NCBI RefSeq assembly: GCF_055900595.2
Contig: NZ_CM148325.1
Reading direction: 5' to 3' (one strand)
DNA length: 64,000 nt
In this document: piece by piece, positions 45,074 to 56,862 of the stretch
Layout of the letters: each line of letters starts with the position of its first letter
Numbering within the stretch: position 1 is the stretch's first letter
Position numbers and translations under genes: made by a program
Notes under the pieces: model-generated
Seen by the model: the letters and a program-made list of their open reading frames with translations, nothing else
What the model was told of the DNA's origin: nothing
The model's database searches: none

Positions 45074-46785
45074 TGAACGAAAAACATCCAGGGCCTTTAG
45101 TGGTCGAAGGAAAACTGACAGACGCGGAGCGCATGAAGCTTGAGAGCAACTACCTGCGCGGGACCATTGCGGAAGATTTAAACGACGGTCTGACCGGCGG
45201 CTTTAAGGGCGACAACTTCCTGCTGATCCGTTTCCACGGTATGTATCAGCAGGATGACCGCGATATCCGCGCGGAACGTGCTGAACAGAAGCTGGAACCG
45301 CGTCATGCGATGCTGCTGCGCTGCCGTCTGCCGGGTGGGGTGATCACCACTAAACAGTGGCAGGCAATTGATAAATTCGCCGGTGAAAACACCATTTATG
45401 GCAGCATTCGCCTGACCAACCGCCAGACGTTCCAGTTCCACGGCATTCTGAAAAAGAACGTCAAACCGGTGCACCAGATGCTGCATTCGGTCGGTCTTGA
45501 TGCGCTGGCGACCGCCAACGACATGAACCGTAACGTGTTGTGCACCTCGAACCCGTACGAGTCGCAACTGCACGCAGAAGCGTATGAGTGGGCGAAGAAA
45601 ATCTCTGAACATCTGCTGCCGCGTACCCGCGCCTACGCGGAGATCTGGCTCGATCAGGAGAAAGTCGCCACCACCGATGAAGAACCGATCCTCGGTCAGA
45701 CCTACCTGCCGCGTAAATTCAAAACCACGGTAGTGATCCCACCGCAGAACGATATCGATCTGCACGCCAACGACATGAACTTTGTGGCGATCGCGGAAAA
45801 CGGCAAGCTGGTGGGCTTCAACCTGCTGGTGGGCGGTGGGCTTTCTATCGAACACGGCAACAAGAAAACCTACGCCCGCACGGCGAGCGAGTTTGGCTAT
45901 CTGCCACTGGAGCATACGCTGGCGGTGGCGGAAGCGGTCGTTACCACTCAGCGTGACTGGGGTAATCGTACTGACCGTAAAAACGCCAAAACCAAATACA
46001 CGCTGGAGCGCGTGGGTGTTGAGACGTTTAAAGCAGAAGTGGAACGTCGCGCGGGGATCAAATTTGAGCCGATCCGTCCTTATGAATTTACCGGACGCGG
46101 CGATCGTATCGGCTGGGTAAAAGGGATCGACGACAAATGGCACCTGACGCTGTTTATCGAAAATGGCCGAATTCTTGATTATCCGGGGCGTCCGCTGAAA
46201 ACCGGCCTGCTGGAGATCGCAAAGATCCACAGAGGTGATTTCCGCATTACGGCGAACCAGAATCTGATCATCGCTGGTGTACCGGAAAGCGAGAAAGCGA
46301 AGATTGAGAAGATCGCCAAAGAGAGCGGATTGATGAATGCCGTCACGCCGCAGCGCGAAAACTCAATGGCCTGCGTGTCATTCCCGACTTGCCCGTTGGC
46401 GATGGCGGAAGCGGAGCGTTTCCTGCCGTCGTTTATCGATAACATCGATAATTTAATGGCGAAACATGGTGTCAGCGATGAGCACATCGTGATGCGTGTA
46501 ACAGGCTGCCCGAACGGTTGTGGTCGCGCGATGCTGGCGGAAGTTGGCCTGGTGGGTAAAGCGCCTGGGCGCTACAACCTGCATCTTGGTGGCAACCGCA
46601 TTGGGACACGTATCCCACGGATGCATAAAGAAAACATCACCGAGCCGGAAATCCTGGCGACGCTTGATGAACTGATAGGGCGCTGGGTGAAAGAACGTGA
46701 AGCGGGTGAAGGCTTCGGCGACTTTACGGTGCGTGCGGGCATCATTCGCCCGGTGCTCGATCCGGCGCGCGATTTGTGGGATTAA
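45073..46785 (+). CDS. cysI: Sulfite reductase [NADPH] hemoprotein beta component
   Basis: 570-aa [34 protein letters not shown]... Confidence 0.95.
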   Translation: MNEKHPGPLVVEGKLTDAERMKLESNYLRGTIAEDLNDGLTGGFKGDNFLLIRFHGMYQQDDRDIRAERAEQKLEPRHAMLLRCRLPGGVITTKQWQAIDKFAGENTIYGSIRLTNRQTFQFHGILKKNVKPVHQMLHSVGLDALATANDMNRNVLCTSNPYESQLHAEAYEWAKKISEHLLPRTRAYAEIWLDQEKVATTDEEPILGQTYLPRKFKTTVVIPPQNDIDLHANDMNFVAIAENGKLVGFNLLVGGGLSIEHGNKKTYARTASEFGYLPLEHTLAVAEAVVTTQRDWGNRTDRKNAKTKYTLERVGVETFKAEVERRAGIKFEPIRPYEFTGRGDRIGWVKGIDDKWHLTLFIENGRILDYPGRPLKTGLLEIAKIHRGDFRITANQNLIIAGVPESEKAKIEKIAKESGLMNAVTPQRENSMACVSFPTCPLAMAEAERFLPSFIDNIDNLMAKHGVSDEHIVMRVTGCPNGCGRAMLAEVGLVGKAPGRYNLHLGGNRIGTRIPRMHKENITEPEILATLDELIGRWVKEREAGEGFGDFTVRAGIIRPVLDPARDLWD

Positions 46786-46800
46786 CCATCAGTCCAGTCT

Positions 46801-46838
46801 TGTAGGCCTGATAAGACGCGTAAGCGTCGCATCAGGCA
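46801..46838. repeat. REP element
   Basis: TGTAGGCCTGATAAGACGCGTAAGCGTCGCATCAGGCA palindrome between cysI and cysH. Confidence 0.75.
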
Positions 46839-46858
46839 AGGCAAACAGTGAGGAATCT

Positions 46859-47593
46859 ATGTCCAAACTCGATCTAAATGCCCTGAACGAACTGCCGAAG
46901 GTAGATCGCATTCTGGCGCTGGCGGAAACTAACGCCGAGCTTGAAAAACTGGATGCTGAAGGCCGCGTTGCCTGGGCGCTGGATAATCTGCCCGGTGAAT
47001 ATGTACTTTCTTCCAGCTTTGGCATTCAGGCGGCGGTGAGCCTGCATCTGGTGAATCAGATTCGCCCGGATATTCCGGTGATCCTCACCGATACCGGTTA
47101 TCTGTTCCCGGAAACCTACCGCTTTATTGACGAGTTAACGGACAAACTCAAGCTCAACCTGAAAGTGTACCGCGCTACCGAAAGCGCCGCCTGGCAGGAA
47201 GCACGCTACGGCAAACTGTGGGAACAGGGCGTTGAAGGCATTGAAAAGTACAACGATATCAACAAAGTCGAACCGATGAACCGGGCGCTGAAAGAACTAA
47301 ACGCGCAAACGTGGTTTGCTGGCCTGCGCCGTGAACAATCCGGCAGCCGCGCTAATTTACCGGTGCTGGCAATTCAGCGTGGCGTATTTAAGGTGCTGCC
47401 CATTATTGACTGGGATAATCGGACGATATATCAGTATCTGCAAAAACATGGCCTGAAATATCATCCATTATGGGACGAAGGATATTTATCGGTCGGTGAT
47501 ACCCATACAACCCGTAAATGGGAACCTGGTATGGCGGAAGAAGAAACGCGTTTCTTTGGCTTAAAAAGGGAATGTGGGCTGCACGAAGGGTAA
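46859..47593 (+). CDS. cysH: Phosphoadenosine phosphosulfate reductase
   Basis: 244-aa product from [30 protein letters not shown]... Confidence 0.93.
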   Translation: MSKLDLNALNELPKVDRILALAETNAELEKLDAEGRVAWALDNLPGEYVLSSSFGIQAAVSLHLVNQIRPDIPVILTDTGYLFPETYRFIDELTDKLKLNLKVYRATESAAWQEARYGKLWEQGVEGIEKYNDINKVEPMNRALKELNAQTWFAGLRREQSGSRANLPVLAIQRGVFKVLPIIDWDNRTIYQYLQKHGLKYHPLWDEGYLSVGDTHTTRKWEPGMAEEETRFFGLKRECGLHEG

Positions 47594-47855
47594 ATATTGC
47601 CGGATAAAATAAACGCCTCTGTCAGAAATGATGGGGCGTTTTTATTTTGCGAGCAGCATTCCGGCATTTAAACGTGAATATAGCAAGGGAAATCAACAGT
47701 TATAGAATGGCGTCGGGTGCTTGAGGCTGTCTGGCGTTGAGCATTCGCGAGGTTCCAGATGGACAAAAGCCCCAGGCGATATTTCTATCAACCTGAGGCT
47801 CGCGTTCGAACGTAGCAATTCGGATGTTAGTCTCTTCTTTGCAGGGAGGCAAGAC

Positions 47856-48008
47856 ATGCTGACAAAATATGCCCTTGTGGCAATCATCGTACTGTGTTGT
47901 ACAGTACTGGGATTCACGCTGATGGTAGGCGACTCGTTGTGTGAGTTGAGTATCAGAGAACGTGGTATGGAGTTTAAGGCAGTTCTCGCTTACGAATCGA
48001 AGAAGTAG
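47856..48008 (+). CDS. Hok/Gef-family type I toxin peptide (hokX-like)
   Basis: 50 aa [50 protein letters not shown]: one TM helix plus Hok C-terminal signature; GGGAGG RBS at 47844; GC hairpin ACGCGGGGGTAAAACCCCGCGT follows the stop. Confidence 0.7.
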   Translation: MLTKYALVAIIVLCCTVLGFTLMVGDSLCELSIRERGMEFKAVLAYESKK

Positions 48009-48246
48009 CCACCACGCGGGGGTAAAACCCCGCGTATTGAATTGTGATGGTTTGGTCTCCTGCACCCTTTTTTTCATTTATATTGTTTTTGTGAATATTA
48101 TGCCTGTGTTTATTATTTATATATATCACCAATGAAAATCATTGAATTATTTACAATGTAAATATTTTATTGAACGATATATATCACAGATAATTCTTAA
48201 TATATGCGTAAATATCCTTTAAGTTTTACTGAAGGATAAAAACATT

Positions 48247-50904
48247 GTGACTTTCTTTGATTTCTGGGGAAAAACCCGACGTGGCGAGAAAGAGGGTGGC
48301 GACGATTATCACCTTCTTTGCTGGCATTCGCTGGATGTAGCCGCGATAGGCTATTTAATGGTCAAAAACAACTGTTTCGGGCTGGCTGACTATTTTCGTC
48401 AATTAGGTTTCGCTGACACGGATCAGGCAGCACAATTTTTCGCCTGGTTGTTGTGCTGGCACGATACTGGAAAATTTGCCCGCTCATTTCAGCAACTTTA
48501 CCTGCACCCACAACTCAAGGTTCCGGAAGGCGCAAGAAAGAATTACGAAAAGATCTCTCATTCAACGCTGGGTTACTGGTTGTGGCATCATTATTTAATT
48601 GAATGTGAAGAGTTGCTTCCTTCATCTTCACTCTCTTTGCGCAAACTTAAACGGGTAATAGATATGTGGATGCCCGTGACGACCGGGCATCATGGTCGGC
48701 CTCCTGACCGTATCGATGAACTGGACAACTTTCTGCCTGAAGACAAAGCTGCCGCACGAGATTTTCTCCTTGCAATCAAGTCACTGTTTCCGCTCATAGA
48801 GATCCCCACATTCTGGGATGATGACGAGGGCGTTGAACTTATAAAACATCTTTCCTGGTATATATCTGCAACCGTCGTACTCGCAGACTGGACGGGATCG
48901 TCAACGCGGTTTTTTCCACGCGTCGCACATGTAATGGATATTAAAGATTACTGGCAGAATGCTTTAGCTCAGGCTCAAAACGCATTAACCGTCTTTCCTC
49001 CAAAAGCAGAAACCGCACCTTTCACTGGAATTAACACGCTGTTTCCTTTTATTGAGAACCCAACACCGTTACAGCAAAAGGTGCTGGATCTGGATATCAG
49101 CCAGCCAGAACCGCAGTTGTTTATTCTGGAAGATGTGACTGGCGCAGGTAAAACAGAAGCGGCGCTTATCCTGGCGCACAGGTTGATGTCTGCGGGTAAC
49201 GCTCAGGGGCTGTTTTTTGGTTTGCCGACAATGGCAACGGCCAATGCCATGTACGATAGGCTGGTCAAAACCTGGCTTGCTTTCTATTCGCCGGAATCCC
49301 GCCCCAGCCTGGTGCTGGCACACAGCGCTCGTTCGCTAATGGATCGCTTTAACGCATCGCTGTGGTCTGGTGATTTTGTGGGGTCAGAAGAACCGGATGA
49401 ACAAGCGTTCAGTCAGGGATGTGCGGCCTGGTTTGCTGGCAGTAACAAGAAGGCGTTGCTGGCTGAAATTGGCGTCGGCACGCTGGATCAGGCGATGATG
49501 GCGGTGATGCCGTTCAAACATAATAATCTGCGGCTTCTGGGGCTGAGTAACAAAATCCTGCTAGCCGATGAGATCCACGCCTGTGACGCTTATATGTCGT
49601 GCATTCTTGAAGGGCTGATCGAGCGGCAGGCGCGTGGCGGAAACAGCGTTATTTTGCTTTCTGCTACGTTGTCTCAACAGCAGCGTGACAAACTCGTCGC
49701 CGCCTTTGCGCGTGGTGCAGAGGGCCAGCAAGAAGCTCCGTTGCTGGAAAAAGATGATTATCCCTGGCTGACGCATGTCACGAAATCCGATGTGCATTCG
49801 CACCGGGTAGCGACGCGCAAAGACGTTGAGCGCAGCGTGAGTGTGGGTTGGCTTCATAGCGAACAAGAGTGTATTGCGCGTATCGAATCGGCGGTAAGTC
49901 AGGGGAAATGCATCGCCTGGATTCGGAATTCTGTCGATGACGCCATCCAGGTTCATCGTCAGCTGCTTGCCCGCGGCGTCATTCCTGCTTCCAGCCTTTC
50001 ACTTTTTCATAGCCGCTTTGCTTTTAGCGATCGCCAGCGAATTGAAACGGAGACGCTGGCACGCTTTGGTAAAGAAGACTGTTCACAGCGTGCCGGAAAA
50101 GTCCTCATTTGTACTCAGGTCCTGGAGCAGAGCGTCGACTGCGACCTGGACGAAATGATTTCCGACCTTGCCCCTGTTGATTTACTGATCCAGCGAGCAG
50201 GGCGATTACAGCGACATATCCGCGATATTAATGGTCAGTTAAAGCGTGACGGTAAAGACGAGCGTCACCCTCCTGTATTGCTGATTCTGGCCCCCGTCTG
50301 GGACGACTCTCCGGGTGAAGAATGGTTTGCCAGTGCCATGCGTAACAGTGCATTTGTCTATCCCGATCATGGGCGAATCTGGTTGACGCAGCGTGTGCTG
50401 CGTGAACAAGGCGCGATTCAGATGCCACACTCAGCCCGGCTTCTGATTGAATCAGTCTACGGTGAGGACGTGGTAATGCCGGAAGGGTTTGCCCGCAGCG
50501 AGCAGGAGCAAGTGGGCAAATACTACTGCGATCGTTCAATGGCTAATAAGTTTGTGCTGAACTTCAGGCCCGGCTATGCCGCCAATATCAACGATTACCT
50601 TCCGGAAAAACTGTCGACACGTCTGGCTGAGGAGTCTGTTTCCTTGTGGTTGGCTACCTGTATTGACGGTGTGGTGAAGCCTTATGCCACTGGCGCTCAC
50701 GCATGGGAAATGAGCGTTGTCAGAGCGCGCCAAAGCTGGTGGAAAAAACATCGGGATGAGTTTTCTTTACTGGAAGGGGATGCGTTCAGGCAGTGGTGCG
50801 TTGAACAGCGGCAAGATCCGGAGATGGTAAATGTGATTTTAGTTACCGATGACGAAAGTTGCGGGTATTCGGCTACGGAGGGATTGATTGGCAAGGTTGG
50901 TTGA
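48247..50904 (+). CDS. cas3: Cas3 HD-nuclease/helicase (type I-E)
   Basis: 885-aa ORF (GTG start) with HD motifs, Walker A TGAGKTEAAL and DEIH box. Confidence 0.9.
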   Translation: MTFFDFWGKTRRGEKEGGDDYHLLCWHSLDVAAIGYLMVKNNCFGLADYFRQLGFADTDQAAQFFAWLLCWHDTGKFARSFQQLYLHPQLKVPEGARKNYEKISHSTLGYWLWHHYLIECEELLPSSSLSLRKLKRVIDMWMPVTTGHHGRPPDRIDELDNFLPEDKAAARDFLLAIKSLFPLIEIPTFWDDDEGVELIKHLSWYISATVVLADWTGSSTRFFPRVAHVMDIKDYWQNALAQAQNALTVFPPKAETAPFTGINTLFPFIENPTPLQQKVLDLDISQPEPQLFILEDVTGAGKTEAALILAHRLMSAGNAQGLFFGLPTMATANAMYDRLVKTWLAFYSPESRPSLVLAHSARSLMDRFNASLWSGDFVGSEEPDEQAFSQGCAAWFAGSNKKALLAEIGVGTLDQAMMAVMPFKHNNLRLLGLSNKILLADEIHACDAYMSCILEGLIERQARGGNSVILLSATLSQQQRDKLVAAFARGAEGQQEAPLLEKDDYPWLTHVTKSDVHSHRVATRKDVERSVSVGWLHSEQECIARIESAVSQGKCIAWIRNSVDDAIQVHRQLLARGVIPASSLSLFHSRFAFSDRQRIETETLARFGKEDCSQRAGKVLICTQVLEQSVDCDLDEMISDLAPVDLLIQRAGRLQRHIRDINGQLKRDGKDERHPPVLLILAPVWDDSPGEEWFASAMRNSAFVYPDHGRIWLTQRVLREQGAIQMPHSARLLIESVYGEDVVMPEGFARSEQEQVGKYYCDRSMANKFVLNFRPGYAANINDYLPEKLSTRLAEESVSLWLATCIDGVVKPYATGAHAWEMSVVRARQSWWKKHRDEFSLLEGDAFRQWCVEQRQDPEMVNVILVTDDESCGYSATEGLIGKVG

Positions 50905-50995
50905 GATGCCTGCGACAGGATTCTCTGAATAGTTGATACACAAAAAAGGATGGAAGGATGGATAACCGACCTGGGATGGTCTTTTTTACGAGAGG

Positions 50996-52564
50996 ATGCG
51001 TATGAACTCGTTTTCACTTCTGACAACCCCGTGGTTGCCCGTTCGTTATAAAGACGGAACGACAGGCAAACTGGCGCCAGTCGATCTGGCGGATGAAAAT
51101 GTTGTCGATATCGCTGCGCCGCGGGCAGATCTCCAGGGGGCGGCATGGCAGTTTTTGCTGGGACTACTACAAACCAGCTTCGCGCCCAAAAATCACGGTC
51201 GTTGGGATGATATCTGGGAAGACGGGCTGGAGGTTGAAAAGCTACGGGAAGCATTGCTGTCTTTAGAACACGTTTTCCAGTTTGGCCCAGATTCCCCTTC
51301 ATTTATGCAGGATTTCGAGGCGCTTACGGGAGATAAAGTTCCGGTAGCTTCATTACTGCCTGAAATTCCCGGCTCTCAAACGACGAAGTTTAATAAAGAC
51401 CACTTTATCAAGCGTGGTGTAACGGAACACCTGTGCCCCCATTGCTTAGCATTGGCCTTGTTCTCTTTACAGTTGAATGCACCAGCGGGCGGCAAAGGCT
51501 ATCGCACCGGTTTGCGCGGCGGTGGGCCGATGACGACGCTGATTGAATTGCAGGAATATCAGGGCAATCAACAAACTCCCTTGTGGCGCAAACTGTGGCT
51601 CAACGTGATGCCGCAGGATGAATCTGACTTACCGCTACCCAAAAAATTTGACGATCTGGTTTTCCCCTGGCTTGGCCCGACGCGTACCAGTGAACTGGCC
51701 GGTGCGGTGGTAACTGATGATCAGGTCAACAAACTCCAGGCGTACTGGGGAATGCCTCGGCGCTTACGTGTTGATTTTAATACCACGACAGTCGGCAACT
51801 GCGATATTTGCGGTGAGCAGAGCGACGCGCTCCTGAGCCTGATGACGACCAAAAATTACGGTGCGAATTATGCCATGTGGCAGCATCCCTTAACGCCCTA
51901 CCGTGTACCACTTAAAGAGGGCGGCGAGCTTTACTCGGTCAAGCCACAACCGGGCGGTTTAATCTGGCGCGACTGGTTAGGTCTTATCGAAACGGGTAAG
52001 TCAGAAAACAATACGGAATTTCCCGCGCTGGTGGTGAAACTCTTTAATGCCAGCAGTCTGAAACAGGCAAAAGTGGGCCTGTGGGGATTTGGCTATGATT
52101 TCGACAACATGAAAGCGCGCTGTTGGTACGAACACCATTTCCCGCTACTGCTCAATAAAAAAGAAGGCCAGATACCAAAGCTGCGGCTGGCTGCGCAAAC
52201 GGCTTCACGGATTCTAAGTCTGTTACGGAGTGCATTGAAAGAAGCATGGTTCTCCGATCCAAAAGGTGCACGGGGTGATTTCAGTTTTGTGGATATCGAC
52301 TTCTGGAACAAAACTCAGCATCGCTTCCTGAGGTTAGTGCGTCAAATTGAAGAAGGTCAGGAGCCGGATGAATTACTCAGCAAATGGCAAAAGGAAATGT
52401 GGTTATTCGCGCGTCAGGATTTTGACGAGCGGGTATTCACTAATCCTTATGAGCCCGTTGATTTGAAACGCGTCATGACCGCGCGCAAGAAATATTTTAC
52501 AACATCGGCGGAGAAGCAAAGTGCTAAAGCCGCCAGGGAGAAAAAGCAGGAGGCTGCTGAATGA
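50996..52564 (+). CDS. casA: Cascade large subunit Cse1/CasA
   Basis: 522-aa ORF in the cas3-cse1-cse2-cas7-cas5-cas6e order; start may be the Met at 51002. Confidence 0.85.
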   Translation: MRMNSFSLLTTPWLPVRYKDGTTGKLAPVDLADENVVDIAAPRADLQGAAWQFLLGLLQTSFAPKNHGRWDDIWEDGLEVEKLREALLSLEHVFQFGPDSPSFMQDFEALTGDKVPVASLLPEIPGSQTTKFNKDHFIKRGVTEHLCPHCLALALFSLQLNAPAGGKGYRTGLRGGGPMTTLIELQEYQGNQQTPLWRKLWLNVMPQDESDLPLPKKFDDLVFPWLGPTRTSELAGAVVTDDQVNKLQAYWGMPRRLRVDFNTTTVGNCDICGEQSDALLSLMTTKNYGANYAMWQHPLTPYRVPLKEGGELYSVKPQPGGLIWRDWLGLIETGKSENNTEFPALVVKLFNASSLKQAKVGLWGFGYDFDNMKARCWYEHHFPLLLNKKEGQIPKLRLAAQTASRILSLLRSALKEAWFSDPKGARGDFSFVDIDFWNKTQHRFLRLVRQIEEGQEPDELLSKWQKEMWLFARQDFDERVFTNPYEPVDLKRVMTARKKYFTTSAEKQSAKAAREKKQEAAE

Positions 52565-53097
52565 GTATTGTAAAAGAGGAGCACAAAGCCACGCTGCGCA
52601 AATGGCACGAGGAATTGCAGGAAAAACGCGGCAATCGTGCCAGTCTGCGGCGTAGTACGACGGTTAATGATGTTTGTTTGTCAGAAGGGTTTCGTTCTCT
52701 GCTGATGCAGACCCACACGTTGTGGAAAGTTGAAGCGCAAGAGTGGCGTTTTACCGCACTGGCACTGGTCGCTGCAGTTAGCGCCAATGTAAAAGCCATT
52801 GATGAACGGCAGCCTTTTGCCGCGCAGCTGGCGGCAGTAATGTCAGAAGGGCGGTTTTCGCGCCTGTCGGCAGTAAAAACGCCGGATGATTTACTGCGCC
52901 AGTTACGTCGCGCGGTCAAATTATTAAACGGTTCCGTCAATCTTATCTCTTTGGCAGACGATATTTTCCGCTGGTGCCAGGAGAGTGACGACCTGCTCAA
53001 CCATCACCGCCGTCAGCAGCGGCCAACAGAATTTATCCGTATCCGCTGGGCGCTGGAATATTACAAGGCTGGCGACGCCGATAACGAACAAAATTAA
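52561..53097 (+). CDS. casB: Cascade small subunit Cse2/CasB
   Basis: 178-aa ORF overlapping the casA stop. Confidence 0.85.
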   Translation: MSIVKEEHKATLRKWHEELQEKRGNRASLRRSTTVNDVCLSEGFRSLLMQTHTLWKVEAQEWRFTALALVAAVSANVKAIDERQPFAAQLAAVMSEGRFSRLSAVKTPDDLLRQLRRAVKLLNGSVNLISLADDIFRWCQESDDLLNHHRRQQRPTEFIRIRWALEYYKAGDADNEQN

Positions 53098-53111
53098 TAA
53101 AGGACTATCTC

Positions 53112-54167
53112 ATGACGACATTTATTCAGCTCCATTTGTTAACCGCTTACCCTGCAGCCAACCTTAACCGTGATGACACCGGTGCGCCGAAAACCGTGGT
53201 GCTGGGTGGAGCAACGCGTCTGCGCGTTTCCTCGCAAAGTCTGAAACGTGCGTGGCGCACTTCTGCACTTTTTGAACAGGCGCTGGCGGGCCATATTGGT
53301 ATTCGTAGTGGGCGTATCGCGCGCGAGGCAGCAACTATCATGATTGAGAAAGGAATCGAAGAAAAAAAAGCCATCGAATGGGCGGCAGATATTGCCGATT
53401 ATCTTGGTAAAGCCAAAAAAGACAAAAAAACAAAAGATCCGCTCACTAACGCTGAAACTGAACAGCTCGTCCATATCAGCCCGGCAGAATTTGACGCCGT
53501 AAAAGCGCTGGCCCATCAACTGGCAGAAGAAAAGCGCGCGCCAAAAGAGGACGATCTCGCTTTGTTACGTAAAGATCGTATGGCGGTAGATATCGCCATG
53601 TTTGGTCGTATGCTGGCGAATAAACCCGAGTTTAATGTTGAAGCCGCCTGTCAGGTCGCGCACGCGTTTGGTGTCAGTGAAACGATTGTCGAAGATGATT
53701 TTTTCACCGCCGTTGATGATTTGCGCCAGGCCTCTGAAGATGCTGGTGCAGGGCATCTTGGTGAAACTGGGTTTGGTTCTGCGCTGTTCTACACCTATAT
53801 CTGCATTGATAAAGATCTGCTGGTCGAAAACCTCGGCGGTGACGAAGCATTAGCTAATCAGACCCTGCGCGCCTTTACGGAAGCAGCGTTTAAAGTTTCC
53901 CCAACCGGTAAACAAAACAGCTTTGCCAGCCGTGCCTACGCCTCCTGGGCGCTGGCAGAAAAAGGCACCGAACAACCGCGTTCTCTGGCGGCGGCTTTCT
54001 ATGAACCCATTAATGGCACACGTCAGTTAGATGTGGCAGTGCAGCGTATTACAACGCTTCGCGAAAACATGAATACGGTTTACGAACAGAAGACCGAATG
54101 CGCAAGTTTTGACGTGATGAACAAACAGGGAAGCATGAAGGACGTGCTGGACTTTATCTGCGCGTAA
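53112..54167 (+). CDS. casC: Cascade backbone Cas7e/CasC
   Basis: 351-aa ORF MTTFIQLHLLTAYPAANLNRDDTGAPKT... Confidence 0.88.
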   Translation: MTTFIQLHLLTAYPAANLNRDDTGAPKTVVLGGATRLRVSSQSLKRAWRTSALFEQALAGHIGIRSGRIAREAATIMIEKGIEEKKAIEWAADIADYLGKAKKDKKTKDPLTNAETEQLVHISPAEFDAVKALAHQLAEEKRAPKEDDLALLRKDRMAVDIAMFGRMLANKPEFNVEAACQVAHAFGVSETIVEDDFFTAVDDLRQASEDAGAGHLGETGFGSALFYTYICIDKDLLVENLGGDEALANQTLRAFTEAAFKVSPTGKQNSFASRAYASWALAEKGTEQPRSLAAAFYEPINGTRQLDVAVQRITTLRENMNTVYEQKTECASFDVMNKQGSMKDVLDFICA

Positions 54168-54177
54168 GGGGCGGCTT

Positions 54178-54924
54178 ATGAGCCAATATCTGATTTTTCA
54201 GCTTCATGGGCCAATGGCATCCTGGGGCGTTGATGCACCCGGTGAGGTGCGTCATACCCATGAACTGCCTTCGCGTTCAGCATTGCTGGGGCTGCTGGCT
54301 GCCGGGTTAGGGATACGGCGTGATGACACCGAATGCTTAAACGCGTTTAATCGCCACTATTCACTGGTGGTTTGCGCCAGCCGTAACCCGCGCTGGGCAC
54401 GGGATTATCACACGGTCCAGATGCCAAAAGAGGTGCGTAAAGCGCGTTATTTCAGCCGTCGCGAAGAGTTGAGCGACCCTGATCTTCTAAGCGCGATTAT
54501 CTCCCGGCGCGACTACTACACCGATGCCTGGTGGATGGTGGCCGTGGCAACAACAGCTGATGCGCCTTACAGCCTCGAACAGTTGCAGGAAGGTTTACGC
54601 CATCCGGTTTTTCCGCTTTATCTGGGGCGAAAAAGCCATCCGCTGGCGTTACCCCTTGCGCCGTTACTGCTCGAAGGCAACGCGTCTGATGCCTTACGTA
54701 CCGCATATCAACAGTATCAGGATCGTTTCCACGAACTAAAAGTCTCACTCCCGAAACTTCAGGATGAATGCTGGTGGGAAGGGGAGCACGATGGCCTGGT
54801 CGCGAGCAAAATATTACGCCGCCGGGATGTTCCTTTAAATCGTCAGCAGTGGCTGTTTGGGGAACGCACCGTCAATCAGGGGCCGTGGCTCAGCAAGGAG
54901 GAACCATGTACCTCTCAAGAATAA
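54178..54924 (+). CDS. casD: Cascade Cas5e/CasD
   Basis: 248-aa ORF MSQYLIFQLHGPMASWG... Confidence 0.85.
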   Translation: MSQYLIFQLHGPMASWGVDAPGEVRHTHELPSRSALLGLLAAGLGIRRDDTECLNAFNRHYSLVVCASRNPRWARDYHTVQMPKEVRKARYFSRREELSDPDLLSAIISRRDYYTDAWWMVAVATTADAPYSLEQLQEGLRHPVFPLYLGRKSHPLALPLAPLLLEGNASDALRTAYQQYQDRFHELKVSLPKLQDECWWEGEHDGLVASKILRRRDVPLNRQQWLFGERTVNQGPWLSKEEPCTSQE

Positions 54925-55552
54925 CCTTACATACCGGCCAGCTTTCGCCTGCGCAGTTACTGCATCTGGTGGATCGCGGTGAATATGTGATGCATCAGTG
55001 GCTGTGGGATCTTTTTCCTGGCGGCAAAGAAAGGCAATTTCTTTATCGTCGGGAAGAACTCCAGGGCGCGTTTCGCTTTTTTGTCCTGTCGCAGGAACGC
55101 CCGGCGGAAAGTGAAACGTTCACCATCGAATGCCGGTCATTTGCGCCGGAACTGCGTACCGGACAATCCCTTTTTTTCAACCTGCGAGCGAATCCAACAG
55201 TCTGTAAAGCGGGTAAGCGCCACGATCTGCTGATGGAGGCGAAACGGCAGGTGAGGGGGCAGGCGGAAGGAAGTGATGTCTGGTTGCATCAACAACAGGC
55301 GGCGCTGGGCTGGCTGGCTGCGCAGGGAGAGAGAAGTGGTTTTACACTGCTGGATACCTCGGTCGATGCCTACCGACAACAGCAACTGCGGCGGGAAAAT
55401 GCCCGGCAACTGATCCAGTTCAGTAGCGTGGATTATACGGGGATGCTGACGGTCACCGAGCCAGGGTTATTTCTGCAACGTCTCTGCCTGGGGTATGGCA
55501 AAAGCCGGGCGTTCGGCTGTGGTCTGATGTTAATCAAACCCGGAGCAGAGGC

Positions 55553-55556
<4 letters not shown>
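54906..55556 (+). CDS. casE: CRISPR repeat endoribonuclease Cas6e/CasE
   Basis: 216-aa product from MYLSRITLHTGQLSP... ending ...GKSRAFGCGLMLIKP; the longer ORF 54768..55556 is a 5' extension. Confidence 0.85.
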
Positions 55557-56766
<1,210 letters not shown>

Positions 56767-56862
56767 GTTACCCGTTCTTTAAAAATAAGGAAATGTTTGA
56801 ATTTAGTTGGTAGATTGTTGATGTGGAATAAAATTGTTTAAAAACAGATACGTATGCTTAGT
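56767..56862 (+). promoter_or_regulatory. CRISPR I leader
   Basis: AT-rich 96 bp between cas2 stop and first repeat. Confidence 0.75.

Noticed and set aside
45178-46230. 350-aa minus-strand ORF
   Set aside because: Antisense to cysI; Arg-rich, low-complexity shadow ORF.
47721-47855. In-frame ORF upstream of the hok-like peptide as a separate mok-like gene
   Set aside because: Same frame as hok rather than the overlapping alternative frame expected for mok; treated as untranslated leader pending RNA evidence.
54768-54905. Long 5' extension of the cas6e ORF overlapping cas5
   Set aside because: Cas6e homology starts at MYLSR (54906); the extension is the cas5 3' end read in another frame.
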